NCBI GenBank assembly: GCA_023135835.1
Contig: JAGLSI010000001.1
Coordinates: forward strand, 2,400-66,399
DNA from: Minisyncoccota bacterium
GTDB taxonomy: Bacteria > Patescibacteriota > Minisyncoccia > Phycocordibacterales > UBA12079
Direction of reading: 5' to 3'
Length of the DNA stretch: 64,000 bases
In this document: piece by piece, positions 17,539 through 28,166 of the stretch
Layout of the letters: the number at the start of each line of letters is the position of its first letter
Position numbering within the stretch: the stretch's first letter is position 1
Notes under the pieces: generated by a model
The model's database searches: none
What the model was told of the DNA's origin: nothing
Seen by the model: only the letters and a program-made list of their open reading frames with translations
Translations under genes and position numbers: made by a program

Positions 17539-18822
17539 ATGTATAATAATGGAATGAAATATAAAAAGAAAGTATTAAAAAATGGTTTAAGAATAGTTAC
17601 TGTGCCAATGCATGATAATAAAACAGTTACTGTTTTAGTTTTAGTAGAAGCCGGTTCAAAATATGAAGATAAAAAAGAAAATGGAATTTCTCACTTTTTA
17701 GAACATATGTGTTTTAAAGGAACTACTAAAAGACCTAATGCAGGTGATATTTCTTTAGAATTAGATAGATTAGGAGCTCAGTCTAACGCCTTTACTTCGC
17801 ATGAATTTACGGGTTATTATGCAAAAGTTCATGCTAAGAATGTGTACAAAGTAATAGATATTATTTCTGATATGTATTTAAGTCCTATTTTTGATGAAGG
17901 AGAAATTAAAAAAGAAAAAGGAGTGATTGTTGAAGAAATGAATATGTATGAAGATTTACCAATGAGAAAGGTTGGTTATTTGTTTATGGAGCTTCTTTAT
18001 AAAGATAACCCTGTAGGAAGAACTATATTAGGAGATAAAGATTTTATAAAAAAAGCAGAACAAAAAGATTTTATAGAATATAGAAATAAACATTATGTTG
18101 CTTCAGCTACAACTGTAATTGTTGCGGGTAATATAGATGAAAAAAGGGTTATAAAAGATATTGAAGATAAATTTGAAAAAATTAGTCATAGTAAAAAAGA
18201 GGGGAAAGAAAAAGTCAAAGAAATTCAAAAAAAACCAGAATTAAAAATTGAATATAAAAAATCTGATCAAAGCCATTTAATTTTAGGAGTGAGAGCTTTT
18301 GATTTTAGTAAAAAGGATAATTTAATCACTTCTGTTTTGTGTGGGGTTTTGGGTGCTGGGATGAGTTCTAGATTATTTAAAAAATTAAGAGAAGAAATGG
18401 GAGTTTGTTATTATGTGAAAGCAGAAAATGATTCTTATTCTGATCATGGATATTTAGGAGTATCTGCTGGAGTTGATAATAAAAGAATAAAAGAGGTGGT
18501 AGAGGTTGTTTTAGGAGAATTTAAAAAATTAAAAGATGAGTTGGTTTCAGAAAAAGAATTAAAAAAAGTGAAGGAAGCTATGATAAGTAGTTTAATTCTA
18601 GGGCTAGAGTCCTCTGACTCTTACTCTGAATATTATGGAATTCAAGAAGTTTTGAACAGACCTATTAATACTCCTCAAGAAAAAATCAAAAAAATAAAAG
18701 CTATTACGGCTAAGGATATAAAAAGAGTGGCTAATAAAATTTTTGTTAATGAAAGTCTGAATTTAGCTGTTATAGGGCCTATTAAAGATAAAAAACCTTT
18801 ACAAAAAATTCTTAAATTTTAA
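17539..18822 (+). CDS. M16 family zinc peptidase (insulinase-like)
   Basis: inverted zincin motif HFLEHMCFKGT. Confidence 0.8.
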   Translation: MYNNGMKYKKKVLKNGLRIVTVPMHDNKTVTVLVLVEAGSKYEDKKENGISHFLEHMCFKGTTKRPNAGDISLELDRLGAQSNAFTSHEFTGYYAKVHAKNVYKVIDIISDMYLSPIFDEGEIKKEKGVIVEEMNMYEDLPMRKVGYLFMELLYKDNPVGRTILGDKDFIKKAEQKDFIEYRNKHYVASATTVIVAGNIDEKRVIKDIEDKFEKISHSKKEGKEKVKEIQKKPELKIEYKKSDQSHLILGVRAFDFSKKDNLITSVLCGVLGAGMSSRLFKKLREEMGVCYYVKAENDSYSDHGYLGVSAGVDNKRIKEVVEVVLGEFKKLKDELVSEKELKKVKEAMISSLILGLESSDSYSEYYGIQEVLNRPINTPQEKIKKIKAITAKDIKRVANKIFVNESLNLAVIGPIKDKKPLQKILKF

Positions 18823-18871
18823 CCACATCTTATTGTTCTACTTTTTAATATTTATATGGTAATATAAATAT

Positions 18872-19948
18872 ATGTTTAATAATGATTCTAAAAATGTAGT
18901 AGTAAATATTGGAACAGGAACGATAATTAAGACTCTGTTGTTTATTTTGTTATTTGTAGTTTTGTATTTTTTTAGAGATTTAGTTTTAATTATAATTACA
19001 GCAGTAGTCTTGGCTTCTTCAATAGAACCAATAACTAAGTGGTTGATGAGGTATAAAATTCCAAGAGTTTTGGCGGTTATTTTGATTTATATAGCCTTCT
19101 TTTCTTTTTGTATAGGAATCTTTGTTATATTTATGCCCGTTGTATTAGATGAAACCTTTTCATTTATTGGAATGTTGCCAGCTTATATAAATGCAATAGA
19201 ATCATGGAACCCTATTTCTCACAGTGGATTTTTGTCCCCGACAGCTTTAGAAGGGATATCTTCAGGCTTTTCTGTATCGGAAGTTGTGGTAGGTTTAAGA
19301 GAAATTATAACAAATACTTTTAGTAGTTTTTGGCAAACTATTAACCAAGTTTTTGGTGGTTTATTCTCTTTTATTTTAATTCTTGTTTTTTCATTTTATT
19401 TTGCTGTGCAAGAACTTGGAATTATTAATTTTTTGAAAATTATTACTCCTTTGAAACATGAAAGTTATATAATTGATCTTTGGAGGAGATCTCAACTAAA
19501 GATTGGTTTATGGATGCAAGGGCAATTATTATTAGCCCTATTGATTGGAGTTTTTGTATATTTAGGTTTGATGGTATTAGGAATTAAATATGCTTTGTTA
19601 TTAGCCCTATTATCTGCTTTTGCAGAACTAATTCCTTTATTTGGACCTATTTTAGCCGCTATCCCTGCAATTTTAATTGCTTTTGCTGATGGGGGAACCA
19701 CTATGGGATTAATGGTATTAGGTTTCTTTGTAATTATTCAACAATTTGAGAATCATTTAATTTATCCTTTAGTAGTTAAAAAGGTTGTGGGAGTACCTCC
19801 TTTAATGGTGATTATTGCTTTAATGGTTGGGGCTAAATTGGCAGGTTTCCTAGGTCTTTTAATCGCTGTTCCTATTGCAGCTATTTTGATGGAGTTTGTT
19901 AATGATATTGAAAAAAATAAAAAAAGACAATTAGCGGAAGAATCATAA
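18872..19948 (+). CDS. AI-2E family transporter (PerM/YhhT-like)
   Basis: 8 TM segments, conserved ELIPLFGP/PPLMVIIAL patterns. Confidence 0.7.
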   Translation: MFNNDSKNVVVNIGTGTIIKTLLFILLFVVLYFFRDLVLIIITAVVLASSIEPITKWLMRYKIPRVLAVILIYIAFFSFCIGIFVIFMPVVLDETFSFIGMLPAYINAIESWNPISHSGFLSPTALEGISSGFSVSEVVVGLREIITNTFSSFWQTINQVFGGLFSFILILVFSFYFAVQELGIINFLKIITPLKHESYIIDLWRRSQLKIGLWMQGQLLLALLIGVFVYLGLMVLGIKYALLLALLSAFAELIPLFGPILAAIPAILIAFADGGTTMGLMVLGFFVIIQQFENHLIYPLVVKKVVGVPPLMVIIALMVGAKLAGFLGLLIAVPIAAILMEFVNDIEKNKKRQLAEES

Positions 19949-19981
19949 TCCATTAATTAGTAAATATTAAGAATAGCTATA

Positions 19982-21403
19982 ATGAAAGAAAGATTTTATA
20001 TTACAACTACTTTAGCCTATGTTAATGCTGACTTACATATTGGGCATGCAGCTGAATTTATTAGAGCAGATATTTTAGCTCGCTATAAAAAAGCGATGGG
20101 ATTTGATATTGTTTTAAATATAGGAACAGACGAGCATGGACAAAAAATATTAAACACAGCAAAGGAACAAGGTTTGGAAGTTCAGGAATTTGTTGATAAA
20201 CAAATAATTAAGTTTAAAGAGCAGGTTCAGGAGATGGATATAGATTATACTAATTGGGTTAGAACCACTGATGAGCATCATCAAAAATCAGCTCAAGAGT
20301 TTTGGAAAAGATGTGAAGTTAATGGAGATATTTATAAAAAGAATTATAAAACTAAGTATTGTGTTGGTTGTGAAGCAGAAAAAACAGATTCTGAATTAGT
20401 GAACGGAGAATGTCCTCTGCATCCAGGAAAAAAGATAGAAGAAAGAGAAGAAGAGAATTATTTTTTTAAATTTTCAAATTATCAGGAAAAACTTTTAGAT
20501 TTATATAAAAATAATCCTGATTTTATTATTCCTGGTTTTCGTCAAAATGAAATTTATAAATTTGTAGAAAGGGGATTGCAAGATTTTAGTATTTCTAGGT
20601 TAAAAGAAAAAATGCCTTGGGGGATAGCCGTTCCAGAAGATGATAAGCATGTAATGTATGTTTGGTTTGATGCTTTAGTAAATTATATTTCCACTATTGG
20701 TTGGCCTGATAATTTAGAAGAGTTTGAAAAATGGTGGCCAGTTTTTCAGGTAGCAGGAAAAGATAATTTAAGATTTCAGTCAGCTATGTGGCAGGCGATG
20801 TTGATGTCTGCTGGTTTAGAGCCTTCAAAACAAATTCACATTTTTGGATTTATAAACTCAGGTGGGCAGAAAATGAGTAAGAGTATTGGAAATGTTATTA
20901 ACCCTTCAGATATTATTGATGAATACGGAACTGATTCTTTGCGATATTATGTAGCAAGTCATTTGAGTATGTATGAAGATTCTGATATGACTACGGAAAA
21001 ATTCAAGGAAGTTTATAACGCTGATTTAGCTAACGGATTAGGTAATTTAGTTAGTAGAACTATGAAAATGGCTGAAACTTATCTTGATGAACCTATAAAG
21101 ATTAAGTCTTTTAAATTTTCAGATAATGCAAAAGAACTTATGGATAATTTTAAAATTAATAATTATATGGAATATATAAGAGATGCTATTTCCCATGCTG
21201 ATTTTTGGATTCAAGATAAAGAACCTTTTAAAGTAATAAAAACAAATCCAGAGTTAGCTAAAAAAGCTATAACTTATTCAGTGGAAAGGCTTTACGATAT
21301 TAGTAAGTTGCTTGAATTTATTATCCCAGAAACTGCTCAAAAAATTCAAGAATTAATTAAAGCAAATAAGTCTCCTGACGAACCTTTGTTTTTAAGAAAA
21401 TAA
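19982..21403 (+). CDS. metG: methionine--tRNA ligase (short form)
   Basis: HIGH-type motif LHIGHA, Zn knuckle CVGCEAEK..CPLH, KMSKS. Confidence 0.9.
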   Translation: MKERFYITTTLAYVNADLHIGHAAEFIRADILARYKKAMGFDIVLNIGTDEHGQKILNTAKEQGLEVQEFVDKQIIKFKEQVQEMDIDYTNWVRTTDEHHQKSAQEFWKRCEVNGDIYKKNYKTKYCVGCEAEKTDSELVNGECPLHPGKKIEEREEENYFFKFSNYQEKLLDLYKNNPDFIIPGFRQNEIYKFVERGLQDFSISRLKEKMPWGIAVPEDDKHVMYVWFDALVNYISTIGWPDNLEEFEKWWPVFQVAGKDNLRFQSAMWQAMLMSAGLEPSKQIHIFGFINSGGQKMSKSIGNVINPSDIIDEYGTDSLRYYVASHLSMYEDSDMTTEKFKEVYNADLANGLGNLVSRTMKMAETYLDEPIKIKSFKFSDNAKELMDNFKINNYMEYIRDAISHADFWIQDKEPFKVIKTNPELAKKAITYSVERLYDISKLLEFIIPETAQKIQELIKANKSPDEPLFLRK

Positions 21404-21409
21404 AAAAAT

Positions 21410-22213
21410 ATGTACGAATATATAGATACTCATGCTCATTTAGATATGGGAGATTATAATGAGGATAGAGAAGAATTAATAAAAAAACTTCAAGAGGAGC
21501 ACGTTGGTGTAATTACTATTGGGGTAAATAAAGAAACTTCTTTTGAAGCAGTTGACTTTGCTAATCAATATGAAAATATTTACGCTACTGTTGGTTGTCA
21601 TCCAATAGATGCTAAAGAAGAATTTAAAGAAGAGGATTTTGTAGAACTGGTGAAAAATAAAAAAGTAGTAGGAGTAGGGGAATGTGGTTTAGACTTTTTT
21701 AGAATAAAAGGAGACCACGCCTGTCGGCAGACAAGCTTTGAAACTGAATCTCAAAAACAAAAGGAGGATTTTAAAAAACAAATTGATTTTGCTGTAAAAA
21801 ATGACTTACCTATTGTGGTTCATTGTCGTGATGCTCATAAAGAAGTAATTGAAATTTTAGAAATTAAAAAACAAGAGTTTGGAGATAAATTAAGAGGAGT
21901 GATACATTTTTTTTCAGGAGGAATAAGTGAAGCTAAACAATATCTAGAATTAGGTTTTTATTTTTCTTTTGGAGGAGTTTTAACTTTTACTGATGCTTAT
22001 GATGAAGTTCTTAAGTTTATTCCTATTGATAGGGTTTTGCCTGAAACAGATGCTCCTTTTGTAGCTCCTGTTCCTTATAGAGGTCAAAGAAATGAACCAA
22101 TTTATGTAAAAGAAGTAGTAAAAAGAATTTCTGAATTAAAAAACATAAACTTAGAAGAAATGAAAGAGGTTCTTATAGAAAATACTTATAAATTATTTTC
22201 TAAAATATCTTGA
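21410..22213 (+). CDS. tatD: TatD family metal-dependent DNase
   Basis: DTHAHLD N-terminal motif, GECGLD, HCRDA. Confidence 0.9.
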   Translation: MYEYIDTHAHLDMGDYNEDREELIKKLQEEHVGVITIGVNKETSFEAVDFANQYENIYATVGCHPIDAKEEFKEEDFVELVKNKKVVGVGECGLDFFRIKGDHACRQTSFETESQKQKEDFKKQIDFAVKNDLPIVVHCRDAHKEVIEILEIKKQEFGDKLRGVIHFFSGGISEAKQYLELGFYFSFGGVLTFTDAYDEVLKFIPIDRVLPETDAPFVAPVPYRGQRNEPIYVKEVVKRISELKNINLEEMKEVLIENTYKLFSKIS

Positions 22214-22400
22214 TTTTATCATTTAAAAAACTGTATTTTTTAATGTTTGCAATAAAGAATTAGCTATGATAATCTAACAGTAATTAGAAATCAATCTTTT
22301 AAAGATTTTTGATGTATTAATAGAAGTTAAGGAGGAGTAGTAAAAATATACATTTTTTCCAAATCTACCTACGGGTGGACTAACTACTCAAGAAATAATT

Positions 22401-22928
22401 ATGTCTGAAAAAGTAATTTATGAAATTGGGTATTTGGTAATTCCTAATGTTTCTGATGAAGAAGTTTTAACAGAGGTAGCTAATATTAAACTTATTTTAG
22501 AAAAAGAAGGAGCTACTTTTTTATCAGGTGATGAGCCAAAGCTTATTGATTTAGCTTATCCTGTTTCAAAGATATTTAACACAGAAAAACAGATTTTTGA
22601 GAAAGCTTATTTTGCTTGGATAAAATTTGAAGTAGAAGTAGATAAGTTGGTAAAAATTAAAGCAGAATTAGATAAATATGAAAATATTTTGAGATATCTT
22701 TTAATTAAAGCTCTTAAGGAAAGTGCTCTAATCTCCGATAACAAAAAACCTTCTTTTACAAAGAAAGATGAGATTATAGAAGAAAAACAAATTAAACCAG
22801 TAGAAATAATAAAAAAAGAAGATTCTTCTGAAACTGATATAAAAAAAGTAGAAGATGTTAACGACGCAGAGAAAGAGAAGAGTAAGGAAGAATTAGATGA
22901 AACAATTGATAATTTAATTATTAAATAA
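22401..22928 (+). CDS. rpsF: 30S ribosomal protein S6 with acidic C-terminal extension
   Basis: YEIGYLVIP...LAYPVSK pattern; rpsF-ssb-rpsR synteny. Confidence 0.75.
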   Translation: MSEKVIYEIGYLVIPNVSDEEVLTEVANIKLILEKEGATFLSGDEPKLIDLAYPVSKIFNTEKQIFEKAYFAWIKFEVEVDKLVKIKAELDKYENILRYLLIKALKESALISDNKKPSFTKKDEIIEEKQIKPVEIIKKEDSSETDIKKVEDVNDAEKEKSKEELDETIDNLIIK

Positions 22929-22933
22929 TAAGT

Positions 22934-23060
22934 AAGTCAAAAGTTCATAAAGTCCATAAAGTCTGTAACCTGCCTGCCGGCAGGCAGGAGTAAAAATCAC
23001 AAAGCGATTTTTATGAAAAAGACTTTCGACTTTCAACTTTATAGACTTTCAACTAATGTT
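22934..23060 (+). repeat. inverted-repeat leader element copy B with embedded GC palindrome CCTGCCTGCCGGCAGGCAGG
   Basis: 5' arm GTCAAAAGTTCATAAAGTCCATAAAGT, hairpin aaaaatcacaaagcgattttt, 3' arm GACTTTCGACTTTCAACTTTATAGACTTTCAACTAA. Confidence 0.7.
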
Positions 23061-23507
23061 ATGTATCTAAACAAAGCAATAATAATAGGGAATTTAACTA
23101 GAGACCCAGAATTAAAAGCTTTGCCTTCAGGAGGGCAGGTTGTTAATATGGGTGTAGCTACAAATAGAGTTTGGAAAGATAAAGAGGGAAACAAGCAAGA
23201 GTCAGTAGAGTTCCATAATATCGTAGTTTTTGGGAGACAAGCAGAGACATCTGCCCAATATCTTAAAAAAGGTTCTAGTGTATTAATAGAAGGAAGATTA
23301 CAAACTCAGAGTTGGGAAGCAGATGGAGTTAAAAAATATAGAACAGAGATTGTTGCTGACAGGGTACAGTTTGGTCCACGAAAAGATGGGGGAGCTCCTT
23401 CTTCTTCAGCTCAATCAGAACCTGTTAACAAAGGTGATGAAGCTCCAAAACCAGAAGGAATTGACTATCCTGCTGAAGAAATAAATCCTGAAGATATACC
23501 GTTCTAA
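23061..23507 (+). CDS. ssb: single-stranded DNA-binding protein
   Basis: OB-fold MYLNKAIIIGNLTRDPE..., acidic tail ending DIPF; ORF-track start 23013 translates the repeat element. Confidence 0.9.
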   Translation: MYLNKAIIIGNLTRDPELKALPSGGQVVNMGVATNRVWKDKEGNKQESVEFHNIVVFGRQAETSAQYLKKGSSVLIEGRLQTQSWEADGVKKYRTEIVADRVQFGPRKDGGAPSSSAQSEPVNKGDEAPKPEGIDYPAEEINPEDIPF

Positions 23508-23528
23508 TTTCTTTTAGGAAATTAGAAC

Positions 23529-23727
23529 TAGTTGAAAGTTCTTAAAGTCTATAAAGTTAAAAGTGAAAAAATTTGCAGAGCAAATTTTTATAACTCTTAA
23601 CTAAAATAAAAACTTTATAAACTTTTAACTTTATATGCACTGCATATAATTCCTACACTCGGATTATATGAAAATTCATTTTCATAAATCCTCACTTGAA
23701 ATTATAAACTTTTAACTAATTAAAATT
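23529..23727 (+). repeat. inverted-repeat leader element copy C (expanded, ~200 bp)
   Basis: GTTGAAAGTTCTTAAAGTCTATAAAGT...gaaaaaatttgcagagcaaattttt...AAACTTTTAACTAA. Confidence 0.65.
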
Positions 23728-23934
23728 ATGAATAAACAACAATGTTTTTTCTCACAAAACAATATAGAACAGATAGACTATAAGGATCTAGAGGCTTTGA
23801 AAAAGTTTATCAATCCTCATGGAAGAATTTTATCTAAAAAGAGAACAGGTCTTTGTGCTAAGCATCAAAGGCAATTAGCTATAGCTATTAAAAGAGCTAG
23901 GTTTTTAGCCCTTTTACCTTTTACTTCTAGTTAA
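23728..23934 (+). CDS. rpsR: 30S ribosomal protein S18
   Basis: IDYKDLEALKKFINPHGRILSKKRTGLCAKHQRQLAIAIKRARFLALLPF. Confidence 0.9.
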   Translation: MNKQQCFFSQNNIEQIDYKDLEALKKFINPHGRILSKKRTGLCAKHQRQLAIAIKRARFLALLPFTSS

Positions 23935-23943
23935 AAACAAAAA

Positions 23944-23982
23944 ATACCCTCAGCACCTTTAAGGTGTTGAGGGTATTTTTTG
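23944..23982 (+). terminator. rho-independent terminator (accctcagcacctttaaggtgttgagggtattttttg)
   Basis: 12-bp stem plus T6 after rpsR. Confidence 0.7.
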
Positions 23983-24213
23983 CTTTGCTTTTAGTCAGTT
24001 GTTTTAACCTTTTTTAGAAAATAAGCTTTAATATAGTTATTGAGAGAAGCTTTTTGATTTATATAGTCCAATCGATTGGACTATTTTTTGCATTTCTAGT
24101 GTTATAAATAAAACTTATAGGTTTTAAAGTTTAAAATTCCATCGGCTCATTAAAGTGAGCCGATGGAATTTTCTTAAATTTAAATCTTAAAAAAATAAAA
24201 AAGTTAAACTTTT

Positions 24214-25266
24214 TTATTTTTTTATCTCCTCTCTAATTTTTTTTAAGATTTCGCCTGTTAGTTTTTTATCAGCTTTTAAGAATTGGCGAGTAGCATCATA
24301 ACCACGACCCAATTTCATATCACCATAGGAATAAGACGATCCTGCTTTTGATATTACTCCGTATAATTCTCCCATAGCAATTATTTCTCCTTCTCTAGAG
24401 ATTCCTTCATTGTAAATTAAATCAAACTCGGCCATTTTGAATGGGGGAGCCACTTTATTTTTTACTACCTTAACTCTTACTCGTCCACCAACAACATCAG
24501 TTCCTTTTTTAATCTGAGCAATTCTTCTAATATCTAACCTAATTGAGGTGTAAAATTTCAAAGCTTTTCCTCCAGGAGTAGTTTCAGGATTACCAAACAT
24601 TACTCCAATTTTCATTCGTATTTGGTTAATAAAAATAACTGTAGTTTTGCTTTTAGCTACAATGGCTGTAAGTTTTCTTAAGGCTTGAGACATTAGTCGT
24701 GCTTGTCGTCCAACATGATGAGCTCCCATATCTCCTTCAATTTCTGCCTGAGGGGTTAATGCGGCTACAGAGTCAATAACTATTACATCTACTTTTCCTG
24801 AACGAACTAAAGATTCTGTGATTTCTAAAGATTGTTCTCCTGTATTAGGTTGTGATACTAACAAATCATCAATTTTAACACCTAGGTTTTTTGCATAGAC
24901 TGGATCAATTGCGTGTTCGGCATCAATAAAGGCACATATTCCTCCTGATTTTTGTGCTTGGGCAATTATGTGAAGAGATAATGTTGTTTTCCCAGATGAC
25001 TCTGGTCCAAAAATTTCTATTATTCTTCCTCTTGGGATTCCTCCAATACCTAATGCTTCGTCTAGTCCGATTGAACCTGTTGATATAGCAGCTATATCAA
25101 CTTTAGGTGTTTCTCCTAAGCGTATAATAGAATCTTCTCCAAACTTTGTTCGGATTTGAGCTAACGTGTCTTTAACTCCTGAATTTTTCTTCTCTGTTTT
25201 TTCGGAATTAGATATTTTTTTTGTTTTATTAATAGCTTTTTTTGTAGCTTCTTTCTTTTTAGGCAT
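24214..25266 (-). CDS. recA: recombinase RecA
   Basis: Walker [12 protein letters not shown]1/L2 loop motifs, highly conserved throughout. Confidence 0.95.
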   Translation of the reverse strand: MPKKKEATKKAINKTKKISNSEKTEKKNSGVKDTLAQIRTKFGEDSIIRLGETPKVDIAAISTGSIGLDEALGIGGIPRGRIIEIFGPESSGKTTLSLHIIAQAQKSGGICAFIDAEHAIDPVYAKNLGVKIDDLLVSQPNTGEQSLEITESLVRSGKVDVIVIDSVAALTPQAEIEGDMGAHHVGRQARLMSQALRKLTAIVAKSKTTVIFINQIRMKIGVMFGNPETTPGGKALKFYTSIRLDIRRIAQIKKGTDVVGGRVRVKVVKNKVAPPFKMAEFDLIYNEGISREGEIIAMGELYGVISKAGSSYSYGDMKLGRGYDATRQFLKADKKLTGEILKKIREEIKK

Positions 25267-25279
25267 TTTTTTTGTTTTA

Positions 25280-25633
25280 TTATGTTTTTAAATAAATTAA
25301 TTCTAGTTTCTTTTCAATCTCTCTTTGGTATTTATCTTTAGCAGATACCTTTATTATATTATATCCTGGAGATAAAAGTAATCTTTCGTTTAAATACCCG
25401 TTTTCATCAACAAAGGTTTGTCTGTTATTAATACTAATATATGAAATGTTTTCAGTATAACCTTTAATTGTAATTGAATTCGTTGTTAATAAAGAACCAT
25501 TCAAAGGAGCTTCTATTTCTAGGACAGGGCCTTTAATAAAACTTCTTGTTTGATAATAAGTATATACAACAGTTATAAGTAAAATAATTATAAAAAAATA
25601 AATTCCTATTTTGTTTTGATTATTTTTATTCAT
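25280..25633 (-). CDS. hypothetical N-terminally anchored protein
   Basis: 117 aa, one TM then beta-rich domain; co-directional 13 bp downstream of ftsK. Confidence 0.4.
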   Translation of the reverse strand: MNKNNQNKIGIYFFIIILLITVVYTYYQTRSFIKGPVLEIEAPLNGSLLTTNSITIKGYTENISYISINNRQTFVDENGYLNERLLLSPGYNIIKVSAKDKYQREIEKKLELIYLKT

Positions 25634-25645
25634 ATCAATTTGGTT

Positions 25646-27952
25646 CTAAATATTTCTCTCGGATGTATTTAAGTTTTCATTTTCTTTTTCTTCAGTTAAA
25701 TATCCTGATTCTACCGAATTGTTCCTATCTACTCCAGCTGTAGCTGTATCCTCTGAGGATTCTTCAGAATCACTTTTTAATAAGACTTCACGAGGTTTTG
25801 ACCCTTCTGCTGGCCCAACAATACCATTGTCTTCTAGCTCATCTATTATACGGGCTGCTCTAGCATAACCCACCTTTAATTTTCTTTGTAGATATGATGT
25901 AGAAGCTTTTCCGGCTTGCATTACTGTTTCTTTTGCATCTTCATATAATTCATCAGAATCTTCACTCCCAGAATCTAGAGATTCAAATAAAACATTTTTA
26001 TCTTTTTCTGCTGAACTAATATCTATTTCATAAGGGATTTCATTTTTATAAGCATCAGAAAGGAATGATGTTACCGCTTTTAGTTCTGGTTCAGAGATAA
26101 AAGCAGATTGAATTCTTGTTGGCTTAGACATGTCTCCTGATAAATAAAGCATGTCTCCAGCTCCTAACAATTTTTCAGCTCCTCCTGCATCTAAAATTGT
26201 TCGTGAATCTATCTGAGAAGCTACTTGTAGAGCTACTCTGGTAGGAATATTGGCTTTAATTAAACCTGTAATAACATTTACAGAAGGTCTTTGGGTAGAT
26301 AAGACTAAGTGGATTCCAATCGCACGGCTCATCTGAGCTAATCTTACAACCACAGCTTCTAACTCTCTTGGATAAGACTGCATAATATCTGCTAATTCAT
26401 CAATTACAATGACAATATAAGGCATTGCATCAGGTAATTCATCCTCAATGCCTTGTTTTTTCTTAGAGGCCTTTTCATATGCAGGTGCAACAATATTTTT
26501 ATGATAAGACTGAATATCTCTTACAGAGTGTGATTCTAAAATATCATAACGCCTATCCATTTCTTTTACTGCCCATTTAAGTGCTAGAATTGCTTTTTTA
26601 GCATCAGTAATTACAGGAGTTAGTAGGTGGGGGATAGTTTTATATTGAGTTAATTCTACTCTTTTAGGGTCAATCATTATGAATTTTAGATTATCAGGAG
26701 TAGTTTTATATAATAAAGAAGTAATTAATGTATGGATAGTTACAGATTTTCCAGCTCCAGTTGCTCCAGCGATTAACATATGAGGAGCTTTAGCTAGGTT
26801 TATGAAGTGAGCTTTTCCTGAAATATCTTTTCCTAAAGCAATTGTTAATAATTTATCACTGTTCTTAAATTCTTTTTGATTAAGAAGAGAAGCTAATCCT
26901 ACTAAGGTTTTTGTAGTATTTGGAATTTCAATTCCTACCAAAGACTTTCCTGGTATAGGAGCTTCAATTCTAAGTGGGTGGGCAGCTAAGGCTAATGATA
27001 AATCATTTTGTAGACCAACTATTTTTGCTAGCTTTATTCCTTCTGCTGGTTTAAGGGCGTATCTTGTTACTGATGGTCCTATAGAAATTTCGTCCATCTC
27101 AACATTGATTCCAAAGTTTTTTAAAGTTCTTTTAATAATATTTGAATTAGCTTTAATATCTCCGACTTCCGGTCTTCCTTTGTCTTTATTTAATAGAGAG
27201 GTAGGGGGGAGTAGATTTTTTCTACCAAAATATTCTAAAGCTTTTTGAGAAATGAAGTTTCCTCCAAAGAGCATATTATCCTCTAATTCTTCCTCGTCTT
27301 TTTTAGAAGTTTTTTTAATTGGATTTTGATTATTTGTTTTTGTGGTATTTTCTTCTACTTCTTTTTCCTCATCCTCCTCTTCAATAGTAGAAATCTTAAC
27401 AGACTCGTCTTCTTGGAAATCCTCTATATCCTTATTAAGGTTTCTCCAGAAAAGAAGTTTGTTTAGTTTAAGAGCTGTTTCAAAAATTATTAATAAAGAG
27501 ATTACCAATAACGCGCTTAAAATAATTAAGGTAACATAAATATCAAAAAGTTTTAATAAGGGAGGTAAAATTAATTTACCTACTAGCCCTCCGCTGGTTG
27601 GAGAAAATAATTCTATCAAACTTAAACTTGATAGAAAAAATAATAAAGAGCTAGTGGTTTTTAATGAAACAAATTTTAATTTTACTTCTTTAATAACTGA
27701 GTAGGTAAGTAGAAATAAAATAAAAGGGAGGAAAAAATAACCAACCCCAAAAAGTAAGCTAAATATTAAATAAGTTTTTTCGCCTGCTATTCCACCATAG
27801 CCTAATGCGGCCAAGACTAAAAAAATTGCAATTACGCTAGAAATTATAATTAATACTCCTTGTAGTGTTTCGTCTTTGAGTCTCTCTAAAAAACTTTCTT
27901 GATTTTCTGTATCAATACTTAATTGTTTTTTCTTTTTTGTTTTCTTTCCCAT
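25646..27952 (-). CDS. ftsK: DNA translocase FtsK/SpoIIIE
   Basis: N-terminal TM segments, Walker A LIAGATGAGKSV, Walker B IVIVIDELAD, C-terminal gamma wHTH. Confidence 0.9.
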   Translation of the reverse strand: MGKKTKKKKQLSIDTENQESFLERLKDETLQGVLIIISSVIAIFLVLAALGYGGIAGEKTYLIFSLLFGVGYFFLPFILFLLTYSVIKEVKLKFVSLKTTSSLLFFLSSLSLIELFSPTSGGLVGKLILPPLLKLFDIYVTLIILSALLVISLLIIFETALKLNKLLFWRNLNKDIEDFQEDESVKISTIEEEDEEKEVEENTTKTNNQNPIKKTSKKDEEELEDNMLFGGNFISQKALEYFGRKNLLPPTSLLNKDKGRPEVGDIKANSNIIKRTLKNFGINVEMDEISIGPSVTRYALKPAEGIKLAKIVGLQNDLSLALAAHPLRIEAPIPGKSLVGIEIPNTTKTLVGLASLLNQKEFKNSDKLLTIALGKDISGKAHFINLAKAPHMLIAGATGAGKSVTIHTLITSLLYKTTPDNLKFIMIDPKRVELTQYKTIPHLLTPVITDAKKAILALKWAVKEMDRRYDILESHSVRDIQSYHKNIVAPAYEKASKKKQGIEDELPDAMPYIVIVIDELADIMQSYPRELEAVVVRLAQMSRAIGIHLVLSTQRPSVNVITGLIKANIPTRVALQVASQIDSRTILDAGGAEKLLGAGDMLYLSGDMSKPTRIQSAFISEPELKAVTSFLSDAYKNEIPYEIDISSAEKDKNVLFESLDSGSEDSDELYEDAKETVMQAGKASTSYLQRKLKVGYARAARIIDELEDNGIVGPAEGSKPREVLLKSDSEESSEDTATAGVDRNNSVESGYLTEEKENENLNTSERNI

Positions 27953-28082
27953 TTTAATTTATAAATTTATTAATAAGTTCCTTTAATTATAACATAAGAA
28001 TATAAGAACATTAAAAACATAAAACAAATAAAATGAAGTCCTTACCGGTTTGTTTTTCATACTCGTTTGTTTTAATGTCCTA

Positions 28083-28105
28083 ATTGTCTTTTATAAAAAG
28101 ACAAT
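28083..28105. promoter_or_regulatory. palindromic operator-like site ATTGTCTTTTATAAAAAGACAAT in divergent ftsK/28167 intergenic region
   Basis: 10-bp perfect inverted arms; three further AAAAGACA half-sites within 60 bp. Confidence 0.4.
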
Positions 28106-28166
28106 GTAAAAGACACAAATTATTTGCGTTTATTAATAAAAGACATATAATAGAAATATAAAAGAC

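Noticed and set aside
23013-23060. ORF-track start of ssb at 23013 and of rpsH at 52540
   Set aside because: These N-terminal segments are in-frame translations of the 3' arm of the leader repeat. Conserved protein N-termini begin at 23061 and 52612.
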